Shown: piece after piece, positions 61,011 through 64,000 of the stretch | Layout of the letters: every line of letters starts with the position of its first letter | How positions within the stretch are numbered: position 1 is the first letter of the stretch | Assembly (NCBI RefSeq): GCF_018977255.1 | Contig: NW_024704743.1 | Coordinates: 28,212,001 to 28,276,000, forward strand | Direction: 5' to 3' | Length of the DNA: 64,000 bases | Origin: Callorhinchus milii | Taxonomy: Eukaryota | The notes under the pieces: model-generated | What the model saw: only the letters and a program-made list of their open reading frames with translations | Database searches by the model: none | Told to the model about the DNA's origin: nothing | Program-made: the position numbers and the translations under genes

Positions 61011-62169
61011 TGATTTACATGAGGATATTCTTCCCAATACAATATTTTGAGCAAATTGTAATGGATGAACTCCAACCAGAAGAACAATCATGAGATGTTT
61101 CTATTTGTGTTAATAGAATTATGAGGAAACATAGACATCGCTGTTTAGATAAAGATGTAGAATTCAGTAAGTTTCTTCTCTTATCATAAGGAGGGGTCTC
61201 AATTCACAATTACTGTGATGTGTAGTGACTGTTTTGTAGGCCAATGTGTTAGTCATTTTGCACACAACAATGTCCCACAAACAGCCATTTAGTGAATGTC
61301 CAATTATATTAGGAGGATTGTTGGTCAGGGTACTGGGCTGAACTCCCTTCTCTTAATGCAACAGTCATTTTTGTAACAAATGTGCTGTTGAAAAGTTTGC
61401 TCTCTGACTCCCTTTTAACAATTGAATAGTTAACGTAGTACCCAAGCGCAGCTTTATTGTTGTTTGTCGATTAATCCCCAGTTGTGATTGGCAGTCATAA
61501 ATCTAAGCAAAAGTGTGCGAAACATTGCACAACAATTAATGCAGGAAAATTACTGAACTAGATAACCTGTTGTGTTTGTGACAGTCAATTGTCAATGAAC
61601 GTTCAGATTTCATATAAAGGTAAACTCCTCAGCATTTCTCTACAAATATCCACATTATCCACGTTTATTGCTGAATTTTCTGATTTAAGTTATCAAGTAA
61701 TATTATATTCAATCACCAAAAGTAGAACACAGCTCTGTTTTTCACTGTGTCAACAAATCCTGAACCTTGTTAGTGGCACGGATTTGTGGATAGCTTTCAT
61801 GCTTCCAGGTTACACTAATGTTGGAAAATTTCAAGATTGTTAATAAATCTTACCTGTGCATTGGCAAAACTCTTGAACATGTTAACAAAACCCAAGTTAT
61901 CTGTAAGCAGATTAGTCGAACAATTTGTTCTGCCTTACTCCCAAGTTCAAACTTGTCAGCATAGAGGCAAGTATTATTATTTTATTACATTACATCAGAG
62001 CTTGGCTCAGTTGATAGCACTCTCATCGCTGGGTCAGAAGGTCAGGGGTTCAAGCCCCATGTCGGAACTTTGTGCTCAGAACAGCTTAGGCTGAATTTCC
62101 AATGAAGCCCTCTCGCAGTGTTTTGATAAATGTTTCTGTGGATAAACTTATTCATTCATTTCATTCATT

Positions 62170-62310
62170 TATTAGAAGGTTATGCTTGAAGGCTTAGTTG
62201 AGGAAGGGCAGGAGGAGGCTCATGTGAAGCATGAACACCGGCATACACCAGTTGGGCCGAATGGCCTGTTTCTGTGCTGTATATTCTAATGTATTCTAAT
62301 GTAGTCTAAC
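62170..62310 (+). mobile_element. CR1 3' tail
   Basis: ggaggctcatgtgaagc...gttgggccgaatggcctgtttctgtgctgt(attctaatgt)n. Confidence 0.8.
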
Positions 62311-62632
62311 GTATTTCATGTGGAAATTGACAAATGCATTTGCGTTCAATGTATTATCATTTCAATATACAGCAATTTCATTTGAAGTACTTTTTGACAT
62401 TATAGGTACTATATTAAATGCAGAGATTATTAATTACTATTAATAGATATAACTCCAATGAAGCCTTCAGTACAGTTTGGCTCAGTTGGTAGCATTTTCG
62501 TCTCTGAGTGAGAAGGCTGTGAGTTCAAAGCCCAGATTGGGAAATTGACTCACGTAGTCTAGGCTGACACTCCAATGAGGTGCTGGGGGTGTGCTCCATT
62601 GCTTGAGGTGTCGTCCTTCGAATGAAGACATT

Positions 62633-62952
62633 ATAATAATAATAATAATCCTTGCATTTGATATAGCGCTTTTCACGTCAGGAGGACGTCCCAAAGCGCT
62701 TCACAGAACATACTGTAAAGTGAATTGACTGTATATTTGTGGGCGAACGCGGCAGCCAATTGCACACAGCAATGTCCCACAAACAGTCGTAGATTGAAAA
62801 TGATTAATTTATTATTGTTTTTGGTTTTGGAGGGATTATTATTAGGCGTCTGGAGTAAGGAAACTTGCCCAAGGTTTCGCCCTCTGCCTGGAATTAAACT
62901 CAGGTCTCTCACTTGCAAAGCGAGTGCTCTAACCACTGAGCTGCAGGACTCC
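62633..62952 (-). mobile_element. Young SINE, full length, short subfamily
   Basis: Same consensus, reverse strand. Confidence 0.93.
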
Positions 62953-63002
62953 ACATTTTAAAAAAAGAGGTTGTGGCTGCCTATTCAGATGGGTGTTAAC
63001 TA

Positions 63003-63396
63003 GAACAACAACTTGCATTTATGTACCGCCCTTCATGCGGGATAGTGTCCTGGAGCGCTTCACAGTAGCGGAGGCTGACGACGAGCCAGGGGGAGAGGGA
63101 GGGGAGTTGACCATAAGCACAATCAAAAAGGAAGGTCTTTGGGTGATATTTCAAGGTGGGGATGGAGGGGGCAAGGCGGAGGGATTGAGGGAAAGAGTTT
63201 CAGAGTTTCGGGATGTAGTGGTGAAGACACAGCCACCGATGGTGGAGCAGATGGAAAGAGGGTAAAACAGAAGGTCGGAGCCAGCCGAGCAGAGGTAGTG
63301 GGTGGTGGAGTGGGGTGGGGGGCTAAGCAGGCCGGATAGGTAGGGAGGTACGAGCGCATAAAGTGATTTGAAAATGAGTGAGACGATCTTGAAATC
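63003..63396 (-). mobile_element. L2 LINE 3' end
   Basis: (caa)n tail then G-rich body; similar to 9413-9815. Confidence 0.88.
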
Positions 63397-63649
63397 GATC
63401 CTGTGGCTCTATTCAAAAATAAACTGAAGTTTCTCCTGGTTTGCTGACAAATAAAGTTGGTCCCTCACTTCATTGCTGTTTGTGAGACACTGCTGGGCAT
63501 AAAATTGGTTGACGCATTTGTCCACAAATTGCATTGTCACTACATTTTCTGTGATGTGCTTTGAGACATCCTTCTGACATGAAAGGCACTATATCAAAGT
63601 TAAGAATTGCTTATTATTATTATAAATATAAATTCAGACAATCGAATAA

Positions 63650-63980
63650 CAGATGTCCAAACCTATTTGGAAGATCTCCATGTTCCTGATCACAGAGGAA
63701 CCTCACCTCCTTGTCCTCTTGTTCTGTCTTGGGACTTCCTATTGTCCTTGGTTTACTTTTTCAAACAAACCGATTAAAAAAATTCTTTAAGGTCCCCTCT
63801 GAGATTTTTCCTTTCAAGACTGAAGATTAGACTAACTTGCCTAATCATGGCTCATAGCTTATTCCTCTAACATTAGGCATCATTCTCGTTGTTCTCATCT
63901 GCATTGTCTCCATGGTCTGTGACATTATGTTACGACCAGAGCTGAATGTAGTACTCTAGGGGTGGTCTGACTAGACTCAA
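63650..63980 (-). mobile_element. CR1 LINE ORF2 3' fragment
   Basis: accagagctgaatgtagtactctaggggtggtctgactag reads LVRPPLEYYIQLWS on the reverse strand. Confidence 0.75.
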
Positions 63981-64000
63981 CAACAACAACAACAATTTGG

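Larger units (their letters stand above)
62472..63622 (+). mobile_element. Old Deu-type SINE broken by two younger insertions
   Basis: Head 62472-62630, middle about 62965-63000, core and tail about 63397-63622 (cattgctgtttgtgagacactgctgggcataaaattgg). Confidence 0.7.

Overview
Vertebrate genomic DNA, most likely a cartilaginous fish (a holocephalan such as the elephant shark fits the repeat content and compact introns; this is inference). Three + strand protein-coding genes are supported: (1) the last coding exon of an RPRD1-family gene with an RPRD1B-like C-terminus (578-727, missed by the ORF track); (2) a complete, intact 12-exon SLC6A19/B0AT1 neutral amino acid transporter (34509-56089, 1911-nt CDS, 636 aa, all introns GT-AG); (3) coding exon 1 of the tandem paralog SLC6A18 (59604-59775). 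The rest is intergenic or intronic and full of retroposons: a young tRNA-headed SINE in two subfamilies, older Deu-type SINEs, L2 and CR1 LINE pieces, Penelope-like terminal repeats, a hAT MITE, a decayed CGGBP1-like hAT transposase and an unclassified ~600-bp repeat family. Nearly all ORF-track entries are repeat or chance ORFs. Best leads: Ser replacing the substrate-pocket Phe283 of B0AT1; a minimal hammerhead-ribozyme motif about 1 kb past the SLC6A19 stop; the exon 9 splice acceptor sitting at the end of a LINE tail; a 28S rRNA fragment in intron 1; and an apparently spliced CGGBP-like transposase fossil. I found no wholly new multi-gene system. Repeat boundaries were read by eye and are approximate, and no database searches were run.
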